Positions 1 through 10,044 of a DNA stretch of 64,000 nt are shown piece after piece; within the stretch, counting starts at the first letter, position 1, and every line of letters starts with the position of its first letter. This DNA is from Leptospira biflexa (GTDB taxonomy: Bacteria > Spirochaetota > DYNZ01): NCBI GenBank assembly GCA_020720805.1, contig DYNZ01000002.1:1861-65860 (forward strand), given 5' to 3'. The position numbers were made by a program, and so were the translations under genes. Under the pieces are notes generated by a model. It was given only the letters and a program-made list of their open reading frames with translations, did not search any database and had not been told where the DNA came from.

Positions 1-1539
1 GTTCTGGCTCAGTATGGTTTTATGCCTGTTGAGGAGGGTGATATTATCCGGATTGTCCGCACCAATGAGGCTTTTATCATGGATACTGAGCTGCGTGTTA
101 CACCCGATCTCCAGGGCTTTCAGGCTAAGGATTTTCCCAAAGATAGTAAAAATATTACGCACCTGGTTGTTTTTATCTATGCCAAGGCTCGCGAGGTTCA
201 GCCTTTGTTGAAAAATATTGCCACCAAGGAGACCAAGATCATCGCTTATGACAAAGCCAATACCATTGTCTTTGTCGGCGAGGCGCAGGAGATACTCCAT
301 TTGATCAGCGTCGCCAAGGAGTTGGATTTACGTTCCCGTATTATTGAAAGCGACGAGATGCGCCGCAATATGCACATTTACCATCTGGAAAATGCGGATG
401 CTGAGAAATTGGCGCCCATCCTTTCGCGTCTGAGTTTTGAGATGCCTTCTGAGACCAAGCAGTCCAATAGTACCAGCAATGATAAAAGCGCACAGCAAAA
501 AGGACAGCCTGTGGTGCGAAAGCCAGTCACCAATACCAGCTTCACTCCAGGGAAAAATGAGAACCTGGCTAAGGTGGATATCATCGCGAACAAAGAGACC
601 AACAGCCTTATCATCACCGCACCGCCAGAGGTGTACAGGGATATCAAACGTATCATCCAGCAGCTTGACGTTATGCGCTCGCAGGTATTGGTCGAGGCCC
701 TGATCGTGGAGGTCTCCGGCGACGGAAGCTGGGGAGCTGGTATCGAATGGCGGCATGGATCGTCCCTCAATAGCAGTACAAAAGAGCTATCCAATGCCTA
801 TGCCCTTGGTTCATCCAGTACAGGATTGGGCTCGGACTATGTGAGCAATGCCGGCGATCTACCAGGTCTTACCCTCGGTTTGTTGAAAGGGTCGCTTGCC
901 ACCTCTGATGGCACACTCCAGATTCCGGATATCTACGCGTTTTTGAACTATTACTCCAAGGATCAACAGGTAAATATTTTATCAACTCCACAGATATTGG
1001 TTAAAGACAATCAGGATGCTGAGTTGAATGTTGGCTCTCAGATCCCGGTGGTCAGCAATATGAGGATCACCGATCAGAACACGGCTATCCGCTCCTATGA
1101 TTTGAAATCAGTAGGAATTAAATTAAAACTGACTCCGCATATCAATAAAAATAAATATATTTCTCTAGATATTTATCAGGAGGTAAAATCTTTACTTGGT
1201 GATACCTCCTCGATATCGCTGGACGTTCCCCCGATAATCTCGAACCGAGATATCAAAACGCAAATTACGATTCGAGATCGTAGTACCATCGTGATTGGCG
1301 GACTTATCTCCTCTTCGCAGACAGAGATTGAAAGAAAAACTCCGATTTTAGGCGATATTCCTATTCTGGGTTGGTTTTTCAAACGCAACACCAGAACCCA
1401 GACAAAAACGAATTTACTGGTTTTTATCACGCCCTATATTGTGAATTCACCAGATGAAATGAACCTCTTGACTACGAAAAAGCGGATGGAGCTAGAAAAG
1501 ATGCGTAAGCAGTTTATGCACTCAGGGGATCAGGATTGA
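1..1539 (+). CDS. gspD: Type II secretion system secretin GspD, 5'-truncated by window edge (frame open back to nt 1)
   Basis: C-terminal secretin domain motifs (VLVEALIVEVS, GGLISS..TPILGDIPILGWFFKRNT), N-domain-like repeats; 505 aa is too short for a full secretin and the frame has no stop upstream. Confidence 0.85.
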   Translation, partial: VLAQYGFMPVEEGDIIRIVRTNEAFIMDTELRVTPDLQGFQAKDFPKDSKNITHLVVFIYAKAREVQPLLKNIATKETKIIAYDKANTIVFVGEAQEILHLISVAKELDLRSRIIESDEMRRNMHIYHLENADAEKLAPILSRLSFEMPSETKQSNSTSNDKSAQQKGQPVVRKPVTNTSFTPGKNENLAKVDIIANKETNSLIITAPPEVYRDIKRIIQQLDVMRSQVLVEALIVEVSGDGSWGAGIEWRHGSSLNSSTKELSNAYALGSSSTGLGSDYVSNAGDLPGLTLGLLKGSLATSDGTLQIPDIYAFLNYYSKDQQVNILSTPQILVKDNQDAELNVGSQIPVVSNMRITDQNTAIRSYDLKSVGIKLKLTPHINKNKYISLDIYQEVKSLLGDTSSISLDVPPIISNRDIKTQITIRDRSTIVIGGLISSSQTEIERKTPILGDIPILGWFFKRNTRTQTKTNLLVFITPYIVNSPDEMNLLTTKKRMELEKMRKQFMHSGDQD

Positions 1540-1546
1540 CAGATTC

Positions 1547-3334
1547 ATGGCCAGGCTAAAAAAAACAAAATCTGATAACGAACAAAAAATTTCTGTCCCT
1601 GAGAGCGACAACTGGGATGATCTGCTGCGCTCCTTGCAGGTGGTGCCCAAAAAACTACTTGGTGAAATTCTGGTTCAGCAGGGAGCTGTAACGCGCGAAC
1701 AGTTGGCCGAGGTTCTGCACCGATTGCCGCAGCAGGAGCTGCGCATCGGTGAATATCTGATTTCGAAAAATATTGCATCCGAAGCGAACGTGCAAAAGGC
1801 TCTTGCGGAACAGGTGGGCATGACCTTTCTTGAAAAGCTCAACGCGAATGTGGACCGTAAACTGGTCGAGCGCCTGCCTTTGCGTTTTGTCAAAAACTAT
1901 CTTATTGTTCCGTATCATGGTGACGGTGATGTTTTGCAGGTAGCGATCCATGATCCATTTTCACTTCAGCCTTTAGACGATTTACGCATGATGTTTTCTG
2001 ATTATCGTATCGAAACAGTGGTTACGGTACGCAGAGAGATTGAAAAGATCGTCACTCAGTTTTTTGAGCAAAGTCAAGCAGGCGCCGAAAGTATGATCGA
2101 GGGTTTGGAGGGAACAGATATCAGTCTGCTTTCCAATATCGTTGAAGTGACGCGTGACCTAATGGAGCAGGATTCGGAGTCTCCCATCATCCAGCTTGTG
2201 GATGCGATTATTAGCCGCGCGGTGTCCGAAAGAGCTTCCGATATACATATCGAACCGTTTGAGCGGGAATTAGTAGTCCGTTACCGCATCGATGGCATCC
2301 TCCATGAGGTACTGAAACCCCCGAAGAAGATACAGTCCGCCATCACCAGCCGTGTCAAAATTATGGCCAAATTGAATATCGCAGAAACGCGGCTCCCCCA
2401 GGATGGCCGTATTCAGCTAAAGCTGGGAGAGAAAGAACTTGATATGCGTATATCGGTTTTACCCTGCTACTTCGGCGAGCGGGTGGTCATGCGTCTGTTG
2501 AACAAGACTGATATGAGCTTTTCTCTGGAGGGTCTTGGTTTTGAAGCCAGCGTACTCGAGCTGTTTCGGGAACAGATGAAGCGTACAACCGGTGTTATTC
2601 TGGTTACAGGCCCAACTGGTTCCGGCAAGAGTACGACCTTGTATGGAGCTTTAAATGAAATCAATGCTCCGGATAAAAATATTATGACGATTGAAGATCC
2701 GGTTGAATATCAGATTCCCGGTATTAACCAGATGCATGTGCGTACCCAAATTGACCTCTCCTTTGCCCGGGGGCTGCGTGCTATTTTGCGCCAGGATCCG
2801 GATGTGATCATGGTTGGAGAGATTCGCGATGCGGAAACAGCGCGCATCGCCGTGCAGGCAGCCTTAACCGGACACCTTGTTTTTTCTACGCTGCATACCA
2901 ATGACGCGGTTAGTTCGATCCTTAGGTTGGTCGACATGGGTGTGGAGCCCTACCTGGTAAACTCTTCCGTTATCGCTTTTATGGCGCAGCGCCTGGTGCG
3001 GGTTATTTGTCGTCACTGCCGTACCGCGTATACTCCAGCAGATATCGAACTGGAAAAGATCGGGCTGAAAAGACAAGATCTTGACAATGGAAAATTATTT
3101 CATGGAGCGGGCTGCCCCCATTGCAAACAGACCGGCTATTCGGGTCGGATGATGATCAATGAATTATTGGTCATGAACGATGATATGCGTCTTTTATTGA
3201 GTCACGGTGCGACCACGGCAGAGATGCAGCAAGCGGCGCAGCGCGGTGGTATGCGCCCCATGCGTCAGGATGCCGCGATCAAGGTGGTTAGCGGTTATAC
3301 AACCGTTGATGAAGTTCTGCGGGTGAGTGTATGA
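1547..3334 (+). CDS. gspE: T2SS ATPase GspE (secretion ATPase with N-terminal MshEN-like domain and C-terminal tetracysteine zinc motif)
   Basis: Walker A GPTGSGKST, Asp box, His box, CRHC...CPHC; 595 aa; position between secretin and GspF. Confidence 0.9.
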   Translation: MARLKKTKSDNEQKISVPESDNWDDLLRSLQVVPKKLLGEILVQQGAVTREQLAEVLHRLPQQELRIGEYLISKNIASEANVQKALAEQVGMTFLEKLNANVDRKLVERLPLRFVKNYLIVPYHGDGDVLQVAIHDPFSLQPLDDLRMMFSDYRIETVVTVRREIEKIVTQFFEQSQAGAESMIEGLEGTDISLLSNIVEVTRDLMEQDSESPIIQLVDAIISRAVSERASDIHIEPFERELVVRYRIDGILHEVLKPPKKIQSAITSRVKIMAKLNIAETRLPQDGRIQLKLGEKELDMRISVLPCYFGERVVMRLLNKTDMSFSLEGLGFEASVLELFREQMKRTTGVILVTGPTGSGKSTTLYGALNEINAPDKNIMTIEDPVEYQIPGINQMHVRTQIDLSFARGLRAILRQDPDVIMVGEIRDAETARIAVQAALTGHLVFSTLHTNDAVSSILRLVDMGVEPYLVNSSVIAFMAQRLVRVICRHCRTAYTPADIELEKIGLKRQDLDNGKLFHGAGCPHCKQTGYSGRMMINELLVMNDDMRLLLSHGATTAEMQQAAQRGGMRPMRQDAAIKVVSGYTTVDEVLRVSV

Positions 3335-4554
3335 TCTATTCTTACAAAGCTTTGCAAACCAATGGTAAAGAGCAGAGCGGAGAGATAGAGGCTGCATCCG
3401 TTGCCCAGGCGCGGCAATTGCTGCGAAGCCAGGGACTTTATATCAAAACCATCGTTCCTACAAAAGCTGCTGGCGAAAGCCAACCAATCCGATTATTAAA
3501 AGCGGGTCAATTTTTTGTCCGCGTGACAGCCAAAGACCGTGCGCTTTTTGCCCGCCAGCTTGGAACCCTATTGCGCGCTGGTATGGAGCTGGCAACAGCT
3601 CTGGCGGACATCGCAGAGCAGACAGAGCGCGATCATTTCCGCAGGGTGATCTGGGATTTGCGCGAGCGTATCCAGGAAGGGGCCTCCCTTTCGCGGGCAA
3701 TGGCTCAGCACCAGCGCGCCTTCTCCGATGTCTTTATTTATATGGTAAAGGCCGGCGAATCGCTGGGACGGCTGGATGACATTCTTATACGTCTGGCTGA
3801 ACTTGAGGAGAAGAATAACCGTCTAAAGAATAAGGTTACCAGCGCCATGATGTACCCGATGTTTATGCTGGTGATGATGGTTGTCGTGATTTCCGTGCTG
3901 ATGTCCAAGGTTGTGCCGGAGATTACCAAGGTTTTTGCCAAATCCCAGGCAGCCTTGCCGGTGCCGACTCAAGTTGTCATTTTTTTGAGTGGTATCATGA
4001 GCAACTATTGGTGGTTACTGCTGATTCTGGCGGGTTTGTCCATCTACCTGGTCAGGAGGTATCTGGCCACAACTGCTGGCCGATCTGTATGGGATCGCTT
4101 CAAATTGCGTAACCGCCTGACTCGGAATTTATATGGAAAAGTGGTCACATCGCGCTTTACGCGCAATCTGGGCATCCTGTTGCAAAGTCGCGTTGACCTC
4201 CTGGATTCGCTGCAAATTGTCAAAAAAATTGTGCAGAATGTTCATATAGAAGCTGCCATCGATCAGACCAGCCAGGAAGTACAATCCGGGGCTACGCTGG
4301 CTCGCAGCCTGAGGGAAAAGGAGATTTTTCCCAAAATGGTGATTGGCATGATCTCGGCAGGAGAGGCGTCGGACAAATTGGATGAGATGCTGATTAAAAT
4401 TGCTCAGATCTATGAGGATGATGTGGAGAGCGCGCTCGCGGCATTTATGGCGCTATTAGAGCCTGTTATCATTGTGGTGATGGCTGTTTCGGTCGGCTTT
4501 ATTGTATTATCCATTATTTTGCCTATTACGCAGATGAACCAGCTTATACAATAA
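3331..4554 (+). CDS. gspF: T2SS inner membrane platform protein GspF
   Basis: 407 aa, duplicated GspF-type domains, 3 TM segments, ATGA overlap with gspE stop (translational coupling). Confidence 0.88.
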   Translation: MIYSYKALQTNGKEQSGEIEAASVAQARQLLRSQGLYIKTIVPTKAAGESQPIRLLKAGQFFVRVTAKDRALFARQLGTLLRAGMELATALADIAEQTERDHFRRVIWDLRERIQEGASLSRAMAQHQRAFSDVFIYMVKAGESLGRLDDILIRLAELEEKNNRLKNKVTSAMMYPMFMLVMMVVVISVLMSKVVPEITKVFAKSQAALPVPTQVVIFLSGIMSNYWWLLLILAGLSIYLVRRYLATTAGRSVWDRFKLRNRLTRNLYGKVVTSRFTRNLGILLQSRVDLLDSLQIVKKIVQNVHIEAAIDQTSQEVQSGATLARSLREKEIFPKMVIGMISAGEASDKLDEMLIKIAQIYEDDVESALAAFMALLEPVIIVVMAVSVGFIVLSIILPITQMNQLIQ

Positions 4555-4611
4555 TTTTTTTCAGGATGAACTGGAAATGATTCCTATTTTTTAATACGCG
4601 GAGGAAATAAA

Positions 4612-5061
4612 ATGAAAAAAAAATGGCGGAAACGCTCAAAGGAGCGTGGGATCTCTCTGATTGAGATCATGGTGACTTTGCTTATCATAGGATTAATCAG
4701 CTCATTTGTCTATATGAACTTTATGCCATCTTTGGAAGATTCCAAAATCAAGGCAGCGCGGACGCAGATGGCAAATTTTAAAATGATGCTGAACAAATAT
4801 AAGCTCGATAACAACAGTTACCCCTCATCCGCTCAGGGCTTGAAAGCGCTCATTGAGAAGCCGGTTACCGAACCTGTTCCCGAAAACTACCAGTCAGGCG
4901 GCTACCTCGATGGAAAGAAAGTTCCCAAAGATCCCTGGGGCAATGAGTATATCTATGAATATCCTGATCCGAACCGGCCTGACACCTTTCTCCTGAAAAG
5001 TATGGGGGCAGACGGCAAAGAGGGCGGTGAAGGAACTGCAAAAGATATTATTCTTGAATAA
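4612..5061 (+). CDS. gspG: T2SS major pseudopilin GspG
   Basis: Prepilin leader KERG|ISLIEIMV with Glu+5; GspG-specific motif DNNSYPSSAQGLKALIEKP; GGAGG RBS. Confidence 0.9.
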   Translation: MKKKWRKRSKERGISLIEIMVTLLIIGLISSFVYMNFMPSLEDSKIKAARTQMANFKMMLNKYKLDNNSYPSSAQGLKALIEKPVTEPVPENYQSGGYLDGKKVPKDPWGNEYIYEYPDPNRPDTFLLKSMGADGKEGGEGTAKDIILE

Positions 5062-5590
5062 TAGAAATAAGCAGCGCGCTTTTTCGCTAATCGAGCTGAT
5101 GATGGCTCTAATTATCATCGGCATAGCTGCAGGACTGGTTGGTATTCCGGTTCTGCAGAGCTCTTTCGCGCCGGGAGGAAGCCGCAAAACAGCATTGATG
5201 ATGGCGGAGCTAAGCCGTCAGGCCCAATCTCTGGCGGTAGAAACGGGCAGGCTGACTGTGCAGGAGATCGATCTGGCAGCGGGTTCTATTGATTTTTATT
5301 TTTTAGACGAGGATGGGGCGCGTCAGGCCATCGGAACCGAGCGGTTTCAGAAGAGAAGCCTGCAAAAGCAGGAGTCGTTTTCCCAGGCCGAACTCCATGG
5401 CGTGGTTTTGAAGGAGGGTACACTCTTATTACCCTATTTCCCGGCAGGATATGGCCGGGAAGCTATGCTCGTATTGCGTGATCATGAAACAAACCAGGAG
5501 TGGAGTCTGTACTATCAAAAATTTTATGGTGAAGTGCAGATATATAACGGCATCAAATCTCTGGCCGAAGTGCAGACAGAAGAAAACTAA
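5027..5590 (+). CDS. gspH: T2SS minor pseudopilin (GspH-like); start overlaps gspG 3' end
   Basis: N-terminal RAFSLIELMMALIIIGIAAG prepilin-type hydrophobic segment with Glu+5; position after gspG. Confidence 0.65.
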   Translation: MKELQKILFLNNRNKQRAFSLIELMMALIIIGIAAGLVGIPVLQSSFAPGGSRKTALMMAELSRQAQSLAVETGRLTVQEIDLAAGSIDFYFLDEDGARQAIGTERFQKRSLQKQESFSQAELHGVVLKEGTLLLPYFPAGYGREAMLVLRDHETNQEWSLYYQKFYGEVQIYNGIKSLAEVQTEEN

Positions 5591-5591
5591 A

Positions 5592-6035
5592 GTGGCATCA
5601 GGATTTCAAAAAAGGCGCGCTCTAACTCGCTCCGTCAATCTACCCAAACCTAGAGATCGCGGGATAACCTTTATCGAGGTATTGATGACGGTGATCATTA
5701 TCTCTGTTTCTGTTCTTATCTTGATTCAGGGGGTAAGCCATAGTTTATTGATGTTGCGTTCCGCCGATCAGAGCTCGCTCGCAGCCCACCTGGCCAGACA
5801 GAAGTTAGCAGAGCTGGAGTTAAAAAATTTTGAGATCGGATCGGAAACCAGCGGGACTTTTACCGAAAATAGAGAATTTTCCTGGGCGGTGGAGATTCGT
5901 GATCCGGCTATACCAGAGGCAAAGGATTTTGCCATCTCCGAGGTTTTCTTAAAGATCCACTGGCTTGACGGCAATGAAAAACGAACGATGGAAGTGATTA
6001 CCTATACTGCAAAAATCCAGAAATTGCAGGAGTAA
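5592..6035 (+). CDS. gspI: T2SS minor pseudopilin (GspI-like); GTG start chosen, ORF-track start 5451 would overlap gspH
   Basis: RG|ITFIEVLMTVIIISV prepilin motif; small size. Confidence 0.6.
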   Translation: MASGFQKRRALTRSVNLPKPRDRGITFIEVLMTVIIISVSVLILIQGVSHSLLMLRSADQSSLAAHLARQKLAELELKNFEIGSETSGTFTENREFSWAVEIRDPAIPEAKDFAISEVFLKIHWLDGNEKRTMEVITYTAKIQKLQE

Positions 6036-6039
6036 AGAT

Positions 6040-6735
6040 ATGCAGAAAGAGTTGCTACCCATCCGAATTTCAGGTAACATAAAAAAGGCAAGGGCGCTGA
6101 CCCTGGTCGAGATTTTGCTAGCTCTTTCGATTCTTTCTCTTGTCATGGTCATCTTTTACAGCAGCTATAGCGGCATCATGACAACCATCAAAGCCAGCTC
6201 TGCACGTGCTACAGCAAGCCGCAAGCAAACGATCCTTTATCGCATGCTGGAGGGGGACATACAGAATGTCTATTACCCCCTTGATCCCAATCAGCGAAAT
6301 TTCCATGTGGAAAAAAAGAGTCGGGGCAATCACGCAGTAGACAGCCTGCATTTTATCTCCCTGGCGGATGATCTCTCCCGAGTCAGTAAAACGGGACCAC
6401 TGCGTGAAGTCAGCTATCATGTCAGAGAGAATGGACGAAATATGTTAGGGCAGCCGCTATTTGATCTTTATCGGCGTGAACAGATCGGCGTTGACAAAGA
6501 TCTGGAGATAGGGGGGGTTAGCTCGCTTTTGGTAAAGGACATCATCGCTTTTAAGGTTGAATGTGCTTTTACAAAAGATAAGGTAGAGTGGATTCGGGAG
6601 TGCAATTTCAAGGATAAGGCTACTTATCCGGCTGGAGTGAGGCTTACCCTGGTGTTCCCTTTCGAGCAGGATGGACAGATCCGGGAGAGGTCGATTTTTA
6701 TCATAGGAAATATTATGCAGGATAAGCCATCGTGA
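6040..6735 (+). CDS. gspJ: T2SS minor pseudopilin (GspJ-like)
   Basis: RA|LTLVEILLALSIL prepilin-type motif, 231 aa, GTGA overlap with next gene. Confidence 0.6.
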   Translation: MQKELLPIRISGNIKKARALTLVEILLALSILSLVMVIFYSSYSGIMTTIKASSARATASRKQTILYRMLEGDIQNVYYPLDPNQRNFHVEKKSRGNHAVDSLHFISLADDLSRVSKTGPLREVSYHVRENGRNMLGQPLFDLYRREQIGVDKDLEIGGVSSLLVKDIIAFKVECAFTKDKVEWIRECNFKDKATYPAGVRLTLVFPFEQDGQIRERSIFIIGNIMQDKPS

Positions 6736-7808
6736 CAGGATCAGGAAAAGGGTACAAACCGGAGAGATCGTTCGCTATGATTACGGCTCTGATTTTAGTG
6801 TCGTTGCTCATGGTGGCAGTATGGGAGTTTTCCTATGAAGTGACCCAGAATCTTCGTCTGGCAGGAAACCTTGTCAAGGAGGTGCAGGCTTTAGCAATCG
6901 CAAGGGCAGCGTACCGGGGAGGTTTGGCTGTGCTCAAGGCAGACGACGATAGTGAAGATGGCCGATTTGACCAGTGGCGGGCCATGATGCCTCCCATGCT
7001 GCCGATCGGTAAGGGAACTGCGGAGCTCTACATCGATGCAGAAGATGGACGGATCAATCTGAACCATCTCGTGAATGATTTTGATAATTACGAATCGGTG
7101 AATTCAACTATCTTTTCCTATGCCCAGGGTGTTTTTGAGCTGTTGAAGTATGATCCCAATATCGTTTACGGCATCGTAGATTTTATCGATAGAAATAGTC
7201 TTGCCTCCTCCTCAGGCGCAGAAGAGGGCTATTACCTCAGCCTGCAACCCCCCATCCTGATCAAAAATGGCCCTTTGGATTCACTTGCTGAATTGCTGCT
7301 GGTCAAGGATATAACTCTGGAGATGTACTATGGTAAAGTGTTGAAAAAAGAGGCAAAAGAGAAGATAAAAGAACCAGAGAAAAAATTTGAGATTGCCGAC
7401 GGATTGGTGCACTATTTTACCGTCTATGGGGATTATGCCAAAAGCAGTACCGGAGCCGCAAAAAATTACGGCAGTTTGAATATTAATTTTATTCCAATCG
7501 GAATGCTGCGGGCGTTGGCAGATGATGTAACGGATTTGACCCTGGAAAAGATTGAAGAGACGCGCGCTAAATCCAACATTACAGAAAAAGAGATTACGAA
7601 TAAAGAGTATATGATGACCTACTATGGTTTCAGTTCGGCAACGTACGACTATTTTTTCCCGGCAGCGGAGGTGCGGCGGCTCGATGTGAAGAGCAAGGTA
7701 TTTCGCATTGTGGGTAAAGGTGTGATGGATACCATAGAAAAAAAGGTGATTGCCGTGGTGAAGCGGGAAAATAAAAAATTTAAGGTGCTCAGATACACTG
7801 AGCAATGA
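6732..7808 (+). CDS. gspK: T2SS minor pseudopilin GspK-like (alternative start ATG 6776)
   Basis: N-terminal hydrophobic segment without Glu+5 and conserved GRINLN motif typical of GspK/XcpX. Confidence 0.65.
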   Translation: MTGSGKGYKPERSFAMITALILVSLLMVAVWEFSYEVTQNLRLAGNLVKEVQALAIARAAYRGGLAVLKADDDSEDGRFDQWRAMMPPMLPIGKGTAELYIDAEDGRINLNHLVNDFDNYESVNSTIFSYAQGVFELLKYDPNIVYGIVDFIDRNSLASSSGAEEGYYLSLQPPILIKNGPLDSLAELLLVKDITLEMYYGKVLKKEAKEKIKEPEKKFEIADGLVHYFTVYGDYAKSSTGAAKNYGSLNINFIPIGMLRALADDVTDLTLEKIEETRAKSNITEKEITNKEYMMTYYGFSSATYDYFFPAAEVRRLDVKSKVFRIVGKGVMDTIEKKVIAVVKRENKKFKVLRYTEQ

Positions 7809-7825
7809 ATCCCAGGTGAGTGGAT

Positions 7826-9451
7826 ATGATAGGAAAAATTGCAGTTATTGATCCCGGCTCCTACGCGGTGAAAGTGGTCTTGGCCAGTATTTCCCTCCAA
7901 AAGGTGACCTGGGACAAGCAGTTCTCCCTGCAACGCGAAGAGTATGCTTCAGAAGAGGATCTTTTTCGAAATCTTCAGGGAAAATTGGCGAAAGCCGGTT
8001 ATACAGAGATGGTTTTGATGCCAGCTCAAAATCTTCAATTTCGAGTTCTCGAGCTTCCCTTTTCCACAGAGAAGGAGATCCGAGCTGTATTGCGTGCCGA
8101 GCTGGAAGATGTTCTTCCTAACAGTGAAACTGGGTTTGTCCATGATTTTCAGATCATGTCTGGTACCACTCCCCAGAGCCGCCGTATACTTGCTGCGGCT
8201 CTGCCAAAACATATTTTATCCCAGAATTTTTCTGTATGGCAGAGTGCCGGATTAAAACCTGGATATGTTGGCCTGGAAAGCTATGCCAGGGCGGGAAATT
8301 TTCTCCACGCTAAAGGGGGGCTCTCTCCCAAAACAACCCTCCTGCTCGATTTTGGGTTCAGCAAAACATTGCTGACGCTCCTGCATGGCCATGAGCTGTT
8401 CTATGTGCGCGCGCTGCCGCTGGGTGCTCGTGATTTTAATCAAATTATTGAAGAGATCCTGCATATTGGCACCAGGGAGAGCGATCATATTCGGATTCTG
8501 TTGGGGGAGTTGCTCTGGTCCGGAAAGATTGCTACAGAGAATCTCAAGCAGCAGATGCGGGAGCTCAATATCACCTCTGCAGATCTAAAAAAAATCCAGC
8601 AGCGCAGTCTGGTTGCCATCTCCAGGGTGCTACAGGATATATCGATCACGCTCGACGCTCAGAAGCACTCCCTGGAACGGATTTTCGGAACGCCTGCCCA
8701 GCAGAAGCCGGATAGAGTTTTGATCAGCGGCGGATTTAGCCAGCAGCCAAAATTAAAACAGTTATTAGAGCACACTCTGGGGCAAGAGGTCTGGTTCATT
8801 GCCTCCGATCGTTTACAGGATATCATTCCCAGATACAGCTACACAGATACGCCCTTCTTTGCAGCGCGCGGTCTTTGCTACCAGTATGCGAAACGGAGCC
8901 TTGGCTTCAATTTTTTACAGGAGGAGTTTGCCCGTTTTTCTGCTGTATCCAGCTCTATTTCGCTGCGCTGGCCTCTGCTTCTGATATCGGCGGCAATGAT
9001 TATCTTGGCTGTCAATTTGAGTGTGCGTGCCTCTTTGAAACAGGCAGAGGTAGAGCATCTGGAAGAGATGCTGCGTAAAAGAATCCGTCAAAGTTTTCCT
9101 GGAGTCTCTATTGGCAATGATCCTGTCCGCTCCGTGCGCAGCGCTATTGCCGCCTTACAGCAGAAAAACCGCTCCCAGCTCAAAACCAATCAGAGTGATG
9201 TAAGGATACTCAACCTGCTGCAAAAGGTGAGCCAACTGTTGCAAAGCGAAAAAGAGCTAAAGATCAAGGAGTTGCGTTACAGTCAGGATTTGTTAAAACT
9301 GGAGGCTCACACAGATTCCTATAAAAAGATAGATGATGTTCAGAAAAAATTGCAAACTGACCCCATGTTTACCTCTGTCGAAGTTAGCAATACCAGGCAG
9401 GCTTTGAGAGAGAAGGGGATCCTTTTCCAAATGAACATCAAAGTGAAATAG
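7826..9451 (+). CDS. gspL: T2SS inner-membrane protein GspL-like (cytoplasmic actin-like domain, one TM, periplasmic domain)
   Basis: IAVIDPGSYAVKVVLA actin/PilM-like N-terminus, TM near residue 380, position before gspM; AGGTGAG RBS before ATG 7826 (track start GTG 7820). Confidence 0.6.
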   Translation: MIGKIAVIDPGSYAVKVVLASISLQKVTWDKQFSLQREEYASEEDLFRNLQGKLAKAGYTEMVLMPAQNLQFRVLELPFSTEKEIRAVLRAELEDVLPNSETGFVHDFQIMSGTTPQSRRILAAALPKHILSQNFSVWQSAGLKPGYVGLESYARAGNFLHAKGGLSPKTTLLLDFGFSKTLLTLLHGHELFYVRALPLGARDFNQIIEEILHIGTRESDHIRILLGELLWSGKIATENLKQQMRELNITSADLKKIQQRSLVAISRVLQDISITLDAQKHSLERIFGTPAQQKPDRVLISGGFSQQPKLKQLLEHTLGQEVWFIASDRLQDIIPRYSYTDTPFFAARGLCYQYAKRSLGFNFLQEEFARFSAVSSSISLRWPLLLISAAMIILAVNLSVRASLKQAEVEHLEEMLRKRIRQSFPGVSIGNDPVRSVRSAIAALQQKNRSQLKTNQSDVRILNLLQKVSQLLQSEKELKIKELRYSQDLLKLEAHTDSYKKIDDVQKKLQTDPMFTSVEVSNTRQALREKGILFQMNIKVK

Positions 9452-9454
9452 ATC

Positions 9455-10030
9455 ATGAAAAAAATTATCCAAAATATTTACCAAAGATGGCTCCAATCAT
9501 GGGAAAACTTGTCCGGGCGCGAGCGTATGCTTCTAGGGGCAGTTGTAATTTTGACTGCCGCGTTTCTGTTTTTTCAGTTTGGTGTGATGCGAAATCTTAG
9601 AAAGGCACGAGCAGCCCAGGAAAGAGTGTTGCAACTTCATAAAGATATAGCATCTCTGGATGGGCTGTACATGACCTTTCAGGATCTGCGCAGACAACCC
9701 CAGGCAACTCCAGGGCAAAAAAAAGAGGTCAGTCAGAATAGTCTGCTTGCTGATCTGGAGAGCTATGCCCAGCGCGCCAATATAAAGGGAAATATCCGCT
9801 ACATGCGTCCCACAGTTCTAAAACTGGCTGAGGGGGCGCTGAAACGAAGCGCCGAGATTAAGGTTGAGGGAGTAGCAGCCTCTCAACTTATTGATTTTCT
9901 CCATGATATTGAAAATACAGGGCAATCCTATTTTGTGGAGCAGTTTACATTCCGTACAGCCCTGAACAAAGAGGGTTTTTATGATGCGAATATGACCATT
10001 TCTGTTTTAGAATCAAAATCTGCTCAATAA
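9455..10030 (+). CDS. gspM: T2SS protein GspM-like
   Basis: 191 aa, single N-terminal TM (LLGAVVILTAAFLFF), size and position typical of GspM. Confidence 0.55.
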   Translation: MKKIIQNIYQRWLQSWENLSGRERMLLGAVVILTAAFLFFQFGVMRNLRKARAAQERVLQLHKDIASLDGLYMTFQDLRRQPQATPGQKKEVSQNSLLADLESYAQRANIKGNIRYMRPTVLKLAEGALKRSAEIKVEGVAASQLIDFLHDIENTGQSYFVEQFTFRTALNKEGFYDANMTISVLESKSAQ

Positions 10031-10044
10031 AATTAAAGGAAGAA

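Noticed and set aside
5451-5591. ORF-track start for the GspI-like pseudopilin 140 nt upstream, overlapping the gspH 3' end
   Set aside because: A prepilin leader of about 60 aa is implausible. The in-frame GTG at 5592 right after the gspH stop gives a more typical leader, though still long, so the start is uncertain.
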